Below the pieces are notes generated by a model. The model was not told the origin of the DNA and searched no databases. It was given only the letters and a program-made list of their open reading frames with translations. DNA of 24,000 nucleotides from Takakia lepidozioides (taxonomy: Eukaryota; Plantae; Bryophyta), in the NCBI GenBank assembly GCA_030704615.1, contig JAKLZA010000268.1, positions 1 through 24,000 of the forward strand. Direction: 5' to 3'. Numbering within the stretch: position 1 is the first letter of the stretch; the number at the start of each line of letters is the position of its first letter. Positions 11,031 through 23,659 of the stretch are shown here, piece by piece. Position numbers and translations under genes: made by a program.

Positions 11031-13359
11031 CTTATACATGATCCGGTCAATGCACACTACTTTGGTTAGCTAGTTCTCATGTAGCCGATGCTTATATCAG
11101 AATCAGGATACCTTATGATTGAGTGACTGCCATGTCCTTTGATCAAGTGCTTCTATACTTCTCTTAGATATGGCTTTGCTCTTGTGGCACCATAAGAAAA
11201 TACCCAACTCTAATCTGTTGCTTAGAAGATGTTTTGTCTATATCACAGGATGTTACTACAGACCTGAGCTGTGCCTGTATCTTGACAAGTTCCTTGAACG
11301 AGGTTTCCTTCCCTAGCCTGTTCTCCCTGTGCAAGAACTTATGAGATATGAAAGGTATTTTCTAAAAACTTTGTACCTATCCAGAGCTAAGTATACCACT
11401 GAACTCTTTGTTCTTTTCTCGTGATACTATACCGGTCTTGCTATGATACACTTTATGCCAATGTTTCATTCATGACCCGAGGAAGGAGGATGTAGGATTT
11501 ACTCCCTTGGATAATAACTCTAAGGATAGAACTCATTGGAGAAGAGGGGAAACCTTATGAGAAGGGGTCTGGTATGCACTCCTCTACGGGTGAGTGCATA
11601 CACACTCACTCCGTAAGGTTCTGCCATGCCAGGGGATTGGCTGGTGGGTCCCTCTATCTCCCTCTCTCCTTCCCTCTATAACTCTTTGGATTTCATCTGG
11701 CCTTAACCTTTGAGGCGGTTATTTGGTTTTTCATCCCAATCTTTTTTCATCCAAAACTTGGCTGATATATTGTAGGATGATGAAACTTAATGTACAGAAA
11801 GCTTTGGTTTACCATTTGTTTTTTCATCTAAACTGGATAACTACATGAATAATGGTGACCTATTTTAATCCAAGAGATAGTAATTTTACCATCATTTATA
11901 AATGATGGCAGTTATAAAACTTGAGCCTATACCCTAACCCTAAAAGATACTCTTATTGGATGTCATCCATTGACAAAGTGCATCTCGTGCAAAATGCGAC
12001 TTTCGTCCACCCTGACATGACAAATCGAGAGAGCTGTGCCTAAGCGGGCCGACACATTTCACAGCACAAACTCGTTGCTTAGGATCCTCGATGATGCGCG
12101 TGTGTAAATCTGCTCCCCTGCTGCTGCATGGTACTCGTGAGGGATGGATCTGGGGATGCCGCATGGCGGTTGGCAGATCCTCTTGGCAGGCGACAAAGCG
12201 ATGATCGTTTGCTCAGACCCTCATGGTTCTTTTAATTTGCAGCGGCGCTTTTACTCTCGTTGGAAGTACTCATCCCTATGTCTTACACTATTACAGCGGA
12301 TCTCTTTTTGTATGAGCTATTCTTGTCTGTGAACACTTCTACTGTGATTTTGAGTTCTGTGGACGCATGGCGCAGGGCATACCAAAAAACAATCCCTGCC
12401 ACTCAATGAGGCATCCTCAAACACACATCTTTATGGGTGGTTTTTGGACAGGGGCACAGGTGAGGGTCTTCCATTGTGTTGATTTCCTGAAGCTTGCAGT
12501 CCTATTCTTGCAAATGGGTGGTTGTGCGGTTGCCGCTTCAAAACTGCCAGGCATAGGAGCAGACTGGCCTTCCCCTGGCTCCAATGAGGATCTACTTCTG
12601 CTCCTTACCTGTTTGTGGTTTCTGGAACCATATCTACATGGCAGGAGGTAGGGCAGACACGAGAAACTCATGGAATTACAAATCTACCGATATCTACTGG
12701 TTTTTTTCTGTTTCCATGCGGGTATAATTGTAGCGGTCCGGTACCTTGGCTGCAATGAAAATTCGGCAGGCTTACAATGAAAACTCTTGCTGGTTATTAA
12801 GACGACTGGTGGGCCTTACTAGACAAACACACATTCTGCAAGCCCTTCATTTCATTTGATTTCATATGATGGCTGCAACAGGGTTTTTGAATTACCTTCT
12901 ACCTGGCAGAGCTGTCTTACGACCCTGGAATACCATCAGACTTGTATCTGCTTCAAAGACTCGCCTTGTTTTTTTATTTTTTGAAATCCTGCTTGTGTCT
13001 TATGTCTCGAAACAGGCATTGTGGTTCTTATAGACTACCGCAAACATTGATTGGGACTCTGTTTAGACTACAAACTGTTTTCTAAAGTACCCAAGTGATC
13101 TCTTGGGACAAAAATTGGGTAAGCTATATATGGTCTCTAATATACTCCCTAGATTGTGCTTGCTTTGCGTCCCGCTGTGGCTGCAATAGAAATACAGATC
13201 CAGATGTCACCAGTAGGGGTGGCTGGAATATGTTAAGACATGTAGTCTTCATGTTTCAATGTCATTTTTAAGTAATTATGTTGGCTTGGAGTTTTATCTT
13301 GCAATCCGGGTTTTTGGCACATGAGATACAATCTACAAGCTATGGTGATGAATATCAAA
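11031..13359 (+). repeat. Family A partial, indel-rich copy (unit 1 to ~2383)
   Basis: Colinear with copy 1 with dense 1-2 nt indels. Ends at gatgaatatcaaa. Confidence 0.92.
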
Positions 13360-14082
13360 TACCAGACAGCCTGTAATTTGTCAAAGGGTGGTTCCAAAGG
13401 CATTGCTTGGCACCTTTTAAACACAGATGTGTATGTAATCTGAAAAGCTCAGCATTGACAGCAGGCTTGGTAATCTCTAAGTTAGAGCTGAGTTTGTATT
13501 GTAGTATACCATCAGACTTGTATCTGCTTCAAAGACTCGCCTTGTTTTTTTATTTTTTGAAATCCTGCTTGTGTCTTATGTCTCGAAACAGGCATTGTGG
13601 TTCTTATAGACTACCGCAAACATTGATTGGGACTCTGTTTAGACTACAAACTGTTTTCTAAAGTACCCAAGTGATCTCTTGGGACAAAAATTGGGTAAGC
13701 TATATATGGTCTCTAATATACTCCCTAGATTGTGCTTGCTTTGCGTCCCGCTGTGGCTGCAATAGAAATACAGATCCAGATGTCACCAGTAGGGGTGGCT
13801 GGAATATGTTAAGACATGTAGTCTTCATGTTTCAATGTCATTTTTAAGTAATTATGTTGGCTTGGAGTTTTATCTTGCAATCCGGGTTTTTGGCACATGA
13901 GATACAATCTACAAGCTATGGTGATGAATATCAAATACCAGACAGCCTGTAATTTGTCAAAGGGTGGTTCCAAAGGCATTGCTTGGCACCTTTTAAACAC
14001 AGATGTGTATGTAATCTGAAAAGCTCAGCATTGACAGCAGGCTTGGTAATCTCTAAGTTAGAGCTGAGTTTGTATTGTAGTA
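12931..14082 (+). repeat. Exact 576-bp tandem duplication spanning the A/B junction (A fragment plus ~145 bp of B subrepeat region, twice)
   Basis: 12931-13506 equals 13507-14082. Identical ORFs 13233..13424 and 13809..14000 at offset 576. 13361-13506 resembles 16714-16845. Confidence 0.93.
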
Positions 14083-17000
14083 TCTCAGAGATCACAATAG
14101 AATGCAACAAATGGAAGACTCGAGGAAAAGCATCTTTACAAAGTGCAAATTAACTTCCTCCGTCTCCTTAAGAGCGCCGCTGCTTCATGAATGCGAAAGA
14201 TTGCAGGCAAACACAGCAGTAGGTCGTTTGCCAGCACGGGAAATGGAAGTACCTGCCGCCATCGCGCATTAAAAAACAAAGCGCGCGCCAAATCGTGCTG
14301 CTCGAGCCTCAGCCGCCATCGCCCTCCACCAGAGAAAACAAGCACGAGTATCGTGCTGTGCTTAGGCAGAGAGACGGTGAGGCAAACCATCCCGCGATTT
14401 CGTCCATGGAAATGAAATTTTGCACTTTCATTAAGGTTACATCCTCTTAGGCTTACATCCGTTATGGTACATCGAGGAAGGATGTAATGGATGAAAATGC
14501 AGGCTACATCCTCGGTGGTAAAGTTCAAGACAATAAATTTCCAAACCAGATAGGCTTAGAAAAAAATTGTTATCCCAAAAGATATTGAGAGAGGGAGAGG
14601 GGGGGCACCCACCATCCAAACCCCTGGTATGGCAGTCTCCCTTATGGAGTGAGTTTGGTATGCACTCACCCCGTAAGGGAGTGCGCATCCAGACCCATTC
14701 TCATAAGGCTCTCCCTCTACAATTAGTTCTATCCTTGGACTTGAATACCAAATGGATAAAAAGGCCTGCATTCTCTCTGCTCTGGATTACGAGTGAACAT
14801 TGGCACAACGTAATCAAACTGGCAAGAGCAAGAGTTCAGAAAACAGGTGTTCTTCAACAATGGCAGCAGACTACTGCACATCTTCCACCATATCGGCCAA
14901 CTTTTTGGTTAGAACCAATTTACCCAAAGGTATGAATAAGAACTTGTGTTCTTCAGCCACTGGCAGTAGTCTACTGCCCCTGATTCAAACAAGCCATCTC
15001 CAGCAACATAGTAAGATTGGGTACTTTTTGGTGCTACAAAGAGCAAAGCCATAACCAGGAGAACATGAAGCACTGAGCCAAGGACACGGAAGTCACTCGT
15101 ATCATAAGGTATCTAAAACTGACATAAGGCATCGGCTACAGGAGACCAGCTAACAAGAGTATGTGCATTGACCGGATCATGTATAAGGTGTACAGTACAT
15201 GTACTCTAGCAGGCTGTCTTACCAGGGCCAGCTCATAATATCATCATTCATAAGTCATTTAGATGCTCTATGTTATTCAGGTACCATCGAGGATGCCTTA
15301 CTCTCCGTGCCCAATCAACCAACATATTTTTGCTGGAGAGGATCATACCTTATGAGGGATTTGTTTTGCTCCATATTTTGTTATGGAGGTATAGGGGGCT
15401 GATACCCCATGGCTTTGCCGACCTCTGCAAAAGCCATTAAAGGTGTTAGAACATCAAAGTAAGAAGACAAGAAAATGACAAGTGAGAGGTAGATAGTGTT
15501 GTACAGAAACCACTAAGTACACTGGGCAAAAAACAGAGGGAAGATAAATATTGTTCGTAAAGGCACAGACAAGACAAGTGCTGTCATTGTCAATAAAGAC
15601 AAATCAGCCTCATGACGAGGCACTATCTAACTTCACCTCGCATAGACAGTATCTTACTTGATAGAAACTCATGTCATCTTCCTGGAAGTACATGAAAAGT
15701 TAGGGTGGGAGGGTGGGATTTCCAAGACAACCATCACCCTGGATTCAGATGTCATTCATCATTGAAGGAGTCTTGTTTTTTTTTTTTTTTTTTTAAAAAC
15801 CAGGACAAACACCACCCTTGGTACATACCATCAGCAGAAACACTTGAGCCTTTAAAAACGAGTGCCAGGTGTTGCAATTCCAAAAGCCCAACCTGATAAT
15901 TTAGTCTATGTTCCATGAATGCATAAAGGTCTGGATCTGGATTTCCATCATCTCTCAAAACTCAATCAGAGCAGGAGTGCTAGATTGAGCATAATCATAA
16001 CTTTATGGACAACACCAGCTCAGAGGGTATTCCAAAAAGCCCAGTTTGAAAAATTAAACCAGAAATATGTTTTGAAAAAGCCAGACCAGCCCACTGCTTG
16101 GTATTTTTCCAAGTCAAAACAGTGTGCAAAGGTCTTGCTTTCAAATCACTGGGTATGTCCAAAAGTACTACTTGGTACTTTTCAAACTTATAATAGCGTA
16201 ACCAGGCCTGTTTTAAACTCAATGGTTAATTCCAAAGATACTGCTTGGTACACCTAAAGCAGCCATTATGTAATCTGAAAAGCCATCAAGCAAAAACAGC
16301 TTAGACAGTTTTGTTTTAAACTCAGAGAGTAGTTCCAAAACCTGCTTCATAACTCAGACCAGACGGTGGTAATTTGGCAAAGCCCTTCAATACATCTGCT
16401 TGGTATTCTTCAAGCTAAAAAAGTATGAAATATTGCCTTAAACAAGTTAAAACAGTAAAACCAGATCTGTTTCAGACTCAAAGGGTGGTTCCAAAGGCAT
16501 AGCTTGGCAACCTTAAAACAGATGTTATGTAATCTGAAAAGCCCGTCATGCCAGGTGCTTGGCCTGTTTTAAAACTCAACGCTTAATTTCAAAGATGCTG
16601 CTTGGTACACCTAAAGCAGCCAGTATGTAGTCTGAAAAGCCATCGAGCCAAACAGCTTAGACATTCTGTTCTAAATTCAGAACGTAGTTCCAAAGACCTG
16701 CTTGAAAATCAGACCAGACAGCCTGTAATTTGCTCAAAGGGTGGTTCCAAAGGCATTGCTTGGCAACCTTAAAACAGATGTTATGTAATCTGAAAAGCCC
16801 ATCATGCCAGCAGCTTGGTAATCTCTAAGTTAGAGCAGTGTAGTCATGACTGTTTTAGTCTTAGAACTCTAACCCGATGTCCAAAAAGTACTCCTTGGTA
16901 CTTACCATGTTTAAAACAACATAAGAAGGCATGTTTTAAGCGTCACTGGATAGTTAGGTCCGGAGATGTTACTCCAGCACCATATCAATATGATGCCAAA

Positions 17001-17461
17001 GTTCATACTGGTATCATGCTAGAAAAAACCGACTTATAATCAGGTTGAAAACCCCCGAGTCTTAATAGAACGTCTGTATTCTATAAAGCTCAGCACATTG
17101 CCATATTGTTCAACAGAAGCAGTTGGTTGCAATCATAAAAAAACAAAAACAAATCGTATCGGATGCCCCGCTGAAGCAGTATTCAGCGTCAATCGTCACC
17201 ATCGCCAAGTCTTTTGATCATCTGCAAACTGAAAGATACATATTAAGTGAAGCCCTCACCTGTGCCCGTCCCCAAAAACCACCACATCAAGATGGGTGTT
17301 AGTGAGGATGCACCAAGTGAGTAGCAGGTCTTCACAGTTGCTATCCATGTCCAACATGCATTCTACAGTGAGCAAATTGATCAAAAGAAGAACAAAGATG
17401 CGACACCACTAAGAACCTTAATCGTTTGTGGAGTGGGACGCTGCGGCGTTCAACATCTGAA
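14083..17461 (-). repeat. Family B tandem unit, copy 1 (~3,380 bp); inverted diverged homologue of family A
   Basis: tctca(a)gagatcacaatagaatg recurs at 14083, 17462 and 21199. The reverse complement aligns to A, e.g. 15164-15193 vs 2937-2966, 14640-14708 vs 528-595, 17245-17325 vs 1395-1478. Strand is given relative to A. Confidence 0.93.
16156..16903 (+). repeat. Internal degenerate subrepeat array of family B (also ~20011-20642)
   Basis: Four ~55-65-nt modules of the form ttccaaag..gcttgg..cc/ctaaa.cag...tatgtartctgaaaagcc at ~16230, ~16489, ~16587 and ~16745, bracketed by tgtccaaaagtact.cttggtactt at ~16156 and ~16878. Confidence 0.88.
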
Positions 17462-20400
17462 TCTCAAGAGATCACAATAGAATGCAACAAAATGGGAGAC
17501 TCGAGGAAAATTGCATCTTTACAAAGTGCACTTAACTTCCTCGTCTCCTTAAGAGCGCCGCTGCTTCATGAATGCGAAAGATTGCAGGCAAACACAGCAG
17601 TAGGTCGTTTGCCAGCAAGGGGAAATGGAAGTAGTACTGCCGCCATGCGCATATAAAAAACAAAGCGCGCGCAAATCGTGCTGCTCGAGCACTCAGCCGC
17701 CATCGCCCTCCACCAGAGAAAACAAGCACGAGTATCGTGCTGTGCTTAGGGCAGAGAGACGGTTAGGCAAACCATCCCGCGATTTCGTCCACTGGAAATG
17801 AAATTTTGCACTTTCATTAAGGTTACATCCTCTTTAGGCTTACATCCGTTATGGTTACATCGAAGGAAGGATGTAATGGATGAAAAATTGCAGGCTACAT
17901 CCTCGGTGGTAAAGTTCAAGACAATAAATTTCCAAACCAGATAGGCTTAGGAAAAAAATTGTTAATCCCAAACAGATAATTGGAGAGAGGGAGAGGGGGG
18001 GCACCCACCATCCAACCCCTGGTATGGCAGTCCCTTATGGAGTGAGTTTGTATGCACTCACCCCGTAAGGGAGTGCGCATACCAGACCCATTCTCATAAG
18101 GCTCTCCCTCTACAATGTAGTTCTATCCTTGGACTTGAATACCAAATGGATAAAAGGCCTGCATTCTCTCTGCTCTCGGATTACGAGTGAACATTGGCAC
18201 AACGTAATTCAAACTTGGCAAGAGTTCAGAAATTACAGGTGTTCTTCAACCAATGGCAGCAGACTACTGCACATCTTCCCACCATATCGGCCAATTTTTG
18301 GTTAGAACCAATTTACCCAAGGTATGAATAAGAACTTGTGTTCTTCAGCCACTGGCAGTAGTCTACTGCCCCTGATTCAAACAAGCCATCTTCCAGCAAC
18401 ATAGTAAGATTGGGTACTTTTTTTGGTTGGTGCTACAAAGAGCAAAGCCATAACCAGGAGAAACATGGAAGCACTTGAGCCAAGGACACGGAAGTCACTC
18501 GTGTTCATAAGGTATCTAAAACTGACATAAGGCATCGGCTACAGGAGACCAGCTAACAAGAGTAATGTGCATTGACCGGATTCATGTATAAGGTGTACAG
18601 TAATGTACTCTAGCAGGCTGTCTTACCAGGGCCTTAGCTCATAATATCATCATTCATAAGTCATTTAGATGCTCTATGTTTATTTCAGGTACCACGAGGA
18701 TGCCTTACTCTCCGTGCCCAATCAACCAACATATTTTGCTGGAGAGGATCATACCTATGAGGGATTTGTTGCTCCATATTATTGTTATGGAGGTATTAGG
18801 GGGCTGATACCCCATGGCTTTGCCAGACCTCTGCAAAAGCCATTAAAGGTGTTAGAACATCAAAGTAAGAAGACAAGAAAATGACAAGTGCGAGGTAGTA
18901 GGGTAGATCGTGTGTACAGAAACACTAAGTACACTGGGCCAAAAAACAGAGGGAAGGATAATATGTCTCGTCAAGGCACAGACAAGACAAGTGCTGTCAT
19001 TGTCCAAATAAAGAAAATCAGCCTCATGACGAGGCACTATCTAACTTTCACCTCGCATAGACAGTATTCTTCCTTGATAGAAACTCATGGCATCTTCCCT
19101 GGAAGTACATGAAAAGTTAGGGTGGGAGGGTGGGATTTCCAAGGACAACCATCACCCTGGATTCAGATGTCATTCATCATTGAAGGAGTCTTGTTTTTTT
19201 TTTTTTTTTAAAAACCGGACAAACACCCCCCTTGGTACATCCCATAAGCAGAGAACACGTGAGCCTTAAAAAACGGGCTACAGGAGACCAGCTAACAAGA
19301 GTAATGTGCATTGACCGGATCATGTATAAGGTGTACAGTACATGTACTCTAGCAGGCTGTCTTACCAGGGCCTAGCTCATAATATCATCATTCATAAGTC
19401 ATTTAGATGCTCTATGTTTATTTCAGGTACCATCGAGGATGCCTTACTCTCCGTGCCCAATCAACCAACATATTTTTGCTGGAGAGGATCATACCTATGA
19501 GGGATTTGTTGCTCCATATTATTGTTATGGAGGTATAGGGGGCTGATACCCCATGGCTTTGCCAGACCTCTGCAAAAGCCATTAAAGGTGTTAGAACATC
19601 AAAGTAAGAAGACAAGAAAATGACAAGTGAGAGGTAGAGGTAGATCGTGTGTACAGAAACACTAAGTACACTGGGCAAAAAACAGAGGGAAGATAATATG
19701 TCTCGTCAAGGCACAGACAAGACAAGTGCTGTCATTGTCCAAATAAAGAAAAATCAGCCTCATGACGAGGCACTATCTAACTTCACCTCGCATAGACAGT
19801 ATCTTACTTGATAGAAACTCATGTCATCTTCCCTGGAAGTACATGAAAAGTTAGGGTGGGAGGGTGGGATTTCCAAGGACAACCATCACCCTGGATTCAG
19901 ATGTCATTCATCATTGAAGGAGTCTTGTTTTTTTTTTTTTTTTAAAAACCAGGACAAACACCCCCCTTGGTACATACCATAAGCAGAGAACACGTGAGCC
20001 TTAAAAAACGAAAGCCATCAAGCAAAAACAGCTTAGACAGTTTTGTTTTAAACTCAGAGAGTAGTTCCAAAACCTGCTTCATAACTCAGACCAGACGGTG
20101 GTAATTTGGCAAAGCCCTTCAATACATCTGCTTGGTATTCTTCAAGCTAAAACAGTATGAATATATCTGCCTTAAACAAGTTAAAACAGTAAAACCAGAT
20201 CTGTTTCAGACTCAAAGGGTGGTTCCAAAGGCATAGCTTGGCAACCTTAAAACAGATGTTATGTAATCTGAAAAGCCCGTCATGCCAGGTGCTTGGCCTG
20301 TTTTAAACTCAACGCTTAATTTCAAAGATGCTGCTTGGTACACACCTAAAGCAGCCAGTATGTAGTCTGAAAAGCCATCGAGCCAAAACAGCTTAGACAT

Positions 20401-21198
20401 TCTGTTCTAAATTCAGAACGTAGTTCCAAAGACCTGCTTGATAAATCAGACCAGACAGCCTGTAATTTGCTCAAAGGGTGGTTCCAAAGGCATTGCTTGG
20501 CAACCTTAAAACAGATGTTATGTAATCTGAAAAGCCCATCATGCCAGCAGCTTGGTAATCTCTAAGTTAGAGCAGTGTAGTCATGACTGTTTTAGTCTTA
20601 GAACTCTAACCTCGATGTCCAAAAAGTACTCCTTGGTACTTACCATGTTAAACAACATAAGAAGGCATGTTTTAAGCATCACTGGATAGCTTTAGGTCCG
20701 GAGATGTTACTCCAGCACCATATCAATATGATGCCAAAGTTCATACTGGTATCATGCTAGAAAAACCGACTTATAATCAGGTTGAAAACCCCCGAGTCTT
20801 AATAGAACGTCTGTATTCTATAAAGCTCAGCACATTGCCATATTGTTCAACAGAAGCAGTTGGTTGCAATCATAAAAAAACAAAAACAAATCGTATCGGA
20901 TGCCCCGCTGAAGCAGTATTCAGCGTCAATCGTCACCATCGCCAAGTCTTTTGATCATCTGCAAACTGAAAGATACATATTAAGTGAAGGCCCTCACCTG
21001 TGCCCGTCCCCAAAACCACCACATCAAGATGGGTGTTAGTGAGGATGCACCAAGTGAGTAGCAGGTCTTCACAGTTGCTATCCATGTCCAACATGCATTC
21101 TACAGTGAGCAAATTGATCAAAAGAAGAACAAAGATGCGACACCACTAAGAACCTTAATCGTTTGTGGAGTGGGACGCTGCGGCGTTCAACATCTGAA
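17462..21198 (-). repeat. Family B copy 2, with internal duplication (~18537-19275 repeated at 19276-20010) and loss of ~420 bp
   Basis: Both sub-copies end at gagccttaaaaaacg. After 20010 the sequence resumes at the equivalent of ~16279, skipping ~15861-16278. Confidence 0.9.
17821..17902. promoter_or_regulatory. Cluster of TACATCC/GGATG motifs in B (also ~14434-14512, ~21557-21637); putative protein-binding array
   Basis: ttacatcc 17823 and 17840, ttacatcg 17855, ggatgtaa 17869, ggatgaaa 17878, ctacatcc 17895. Syntenic to the A motif cluster. Confidence 0.4.
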
Positions 21199-23540
21199 TC
21201 TCAAGAGATCACAATAGAATGCAACAAAATGGGAGACTCGAGGAAAATTGCATCTTTACAAAGTGCAACTTAACTTCCTCCTCCGTCTCCTTAAGAGCGC
21301 CGCTGCTTCATGAATGCGAAAGATTGCAGGCAAAACAGCAGTAGGTCGTTTGCCAGCACGGAAATGGAAGTACCTGCCGCCATCGCGCATTAAAAAACAA
21401 AGCGCGCGCAAATCGTGCTGCTCGAGCACTCAGCCGCCATCGCCCTCCACCAGAGAAAACAGCACGAGTATCGTGCTGTGCTTAGGGCAGAGAGACGGTT
21501 AGGCAAACCATCCCGCGATTTCGTCCACTGAAAATGAAATTTTGCACTTTCATTAAGGTTACATCCTCTTAGGCTTACATCCGTTATGGTTACATCGAGA
21601 TGAGGAGGATATGGATGAAAATTGCAGGCTACATCCTCGTGGTAAAGTTCAAGACAATAAATTTCAAACCAGATAGGCTTAGGAAAAAATTGTTAATCCC
21701 AAACAGATAATTGGAGAGAGGGAGAGGGGGGGCACCCACCATCCAACCCCTGGTATGGCAGTCCCTTATGGAGTGAGTTTGGTATGCACTCACCCCGTAA
21801 GGGAGTGCGCATACCAGACCCATTCTCATAAGGCTCTCCCTCTAAATGTAGTTCTATCCTTGGACTTGAATACCAAATGGATAAAAGGCCTGCATTCTCT
21901 CTGCTCTCGGATTACGAGTGAACATTGGCACAACGTAATTCAAACTTGGCAAGAGTTCAGAAATTACAGGTGTTCTTCAACCAATGGCACAGCAGACTAC
22001 TGCACATCTTCCCACCATATCGGCCAACTTTTTGGTTAGAACAATTTACCCAAGGTATGAATAAGACTTTGTGTTCTTCAGCCACTGGCAGTAGTCTACT
22101 GCCCCTGATTCAAACAAGCCATCTTCCAGCAACATAGTAAGATTGGGTACTTTTTTTTTGGTGCTACAAAGAGCAAAGCCATAACCAGGAGAAACATGGA
22201 AGCACTTGAGCCAGGACAGGAAGTCACTCGTGTCATAAGGTATCTAACTGACATAAGGCATCGGCTACAGGAGACCCAACAGCTAACAGAGTAATGTGCA
22301 TTTGACCGGATTCATGATAAGTGTACATTACAATGTAACTCTAAATGGATAAAAGGCCTGCATTCTCTCTGCTCTCGGATTACGAGTGAACATTGGCACA
22401 ACGTAATTCAAACTTGGCAAGAGTTCAGAAATTACAGGTGTTCTTCAACCAATGGCACAAGCAGACTACTGCCACATCTTCCCACCATATCGGCCAACTT
22501 TTTGGTTAGAACAATTTACCCAAGGTATGGAATAAGACTTTGTGTTCTTCACCACTGGCAGTAGTCTACTGCCCCTGATTCAAACAAGCCATCTTCCAGC
22601 AACATAGTAAGATTGGGTACTTTTTTTTTGGTGCTACAAGAGCAAAGCCATAACCAGGAGAAACATGGAAGCACTTGAGCCAGGACAGGAAGTCACTCGT
22701 GTCATAAGGTATCTAACTGACATAAGGCATCGGCTACAGGATACCCAACAGCTAACAGAGTAATGTGCATTTGACCGGATTCATGATAAGTGTACATTAC
22801 AATGTAACTCTAGCAGGCTGTCTTACCAGGGCTAGCTCATAATATCATCATTCAGAAGTCATTTAGATGCTCTATGTTTATTTCAGGTACCATCAAGGAT
22901 GCCTTACTCCCATGCCCAATCAACCAACATATTTTTGCTGGAGAGGATCATACCTTATGAGGGATTTGTTGCTCCATTATTGTTATGGAGGTATAGGGGG
23001 CTGATACCCCATGGCTTTGCCAGACCTCTGCAAAAGCCATTAAAGGTGTTAGAACATCAAAGTAAGAAGACTGGAAATGACAAGTGAGAGGTAGATATAG
23101 TGTGTACAGAAACCACTAAGTACACTGGGCAAAAAACAGGAGGGAGAGATAAATATGTCTTGTCAAGGCACAGACAAGACAAGTGCTGTCATTGTCAAAT
23201 AAAGACAAATCAGCCTCATGACGAGGCACTATCTAACTTCACCTCGCATAGACAGTATCTTACTTGATAGAAACTCATGTCATCTTCCTGGAAGACATGA
23301 AAAAGTTAGGGTGGGAGGGTGGGATTTCCAAGACAACCATCACCCTGGGATTCAGATGTCTTTCATCATTGAAGGAGTCTTGTCAAAGAAAAAAGAAAAA
23401 AACCAGGACAAACACCACCCTTGGTACATACCATCAGCAAAAACCACTGAGCCTTTAAAAAACGGAGTGCCAGGTGTTGCAATTCCAAAAGCCCCAACCT
23501 GATAATTTATCTATGTTCATGAATGCATAAGGTCTGGATC
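21199..23540 (-). repeat. Family B copy 3 (partial), with internal ~469-bp duplication (~21875-22343 repeated to ~22812)
   Basis: Colinear with copy 1 to ggtctggatc (equivalent to ~15937). The duplicated block shares private variants such as gtacattacaatgtaactcta. Confidence 0.9.
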
Positions 23541-23551
23541 GAGGTTTGCGA

Positions 23552-23659
23552 TTTCATGAGCATGAGCGGCATGAGCGGCATGAGCGGAGTAGTAAGACAA
23601 TCGGTTTTCATGAGCAGAAGTATAAATTTCGAAAATAAAAAACAATAAAAAACAATAAT
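23552..23659 (+). repeat. Short direct repeats at the start of unrelated flanking sequence
   Basis: (CATGAGCGG)x3 at 23561-23587, tttcatgagc at 23552 and 23606, (aataaaaaac)x2 at ~23634-23653. Confidence 0.85.

Noticed and set aside
7800-14082. Progressive biological decay of array copies
   Set aside because: Differences are dominated by 1-2 nt indels and homopolymer changes typical of unpolished long reads.
16156-16903. CRISPR array
   Set aside because: Repeats are degenerate and irregularly spaced, the intervening sequences are themselves repeated, and there are no cas genes.
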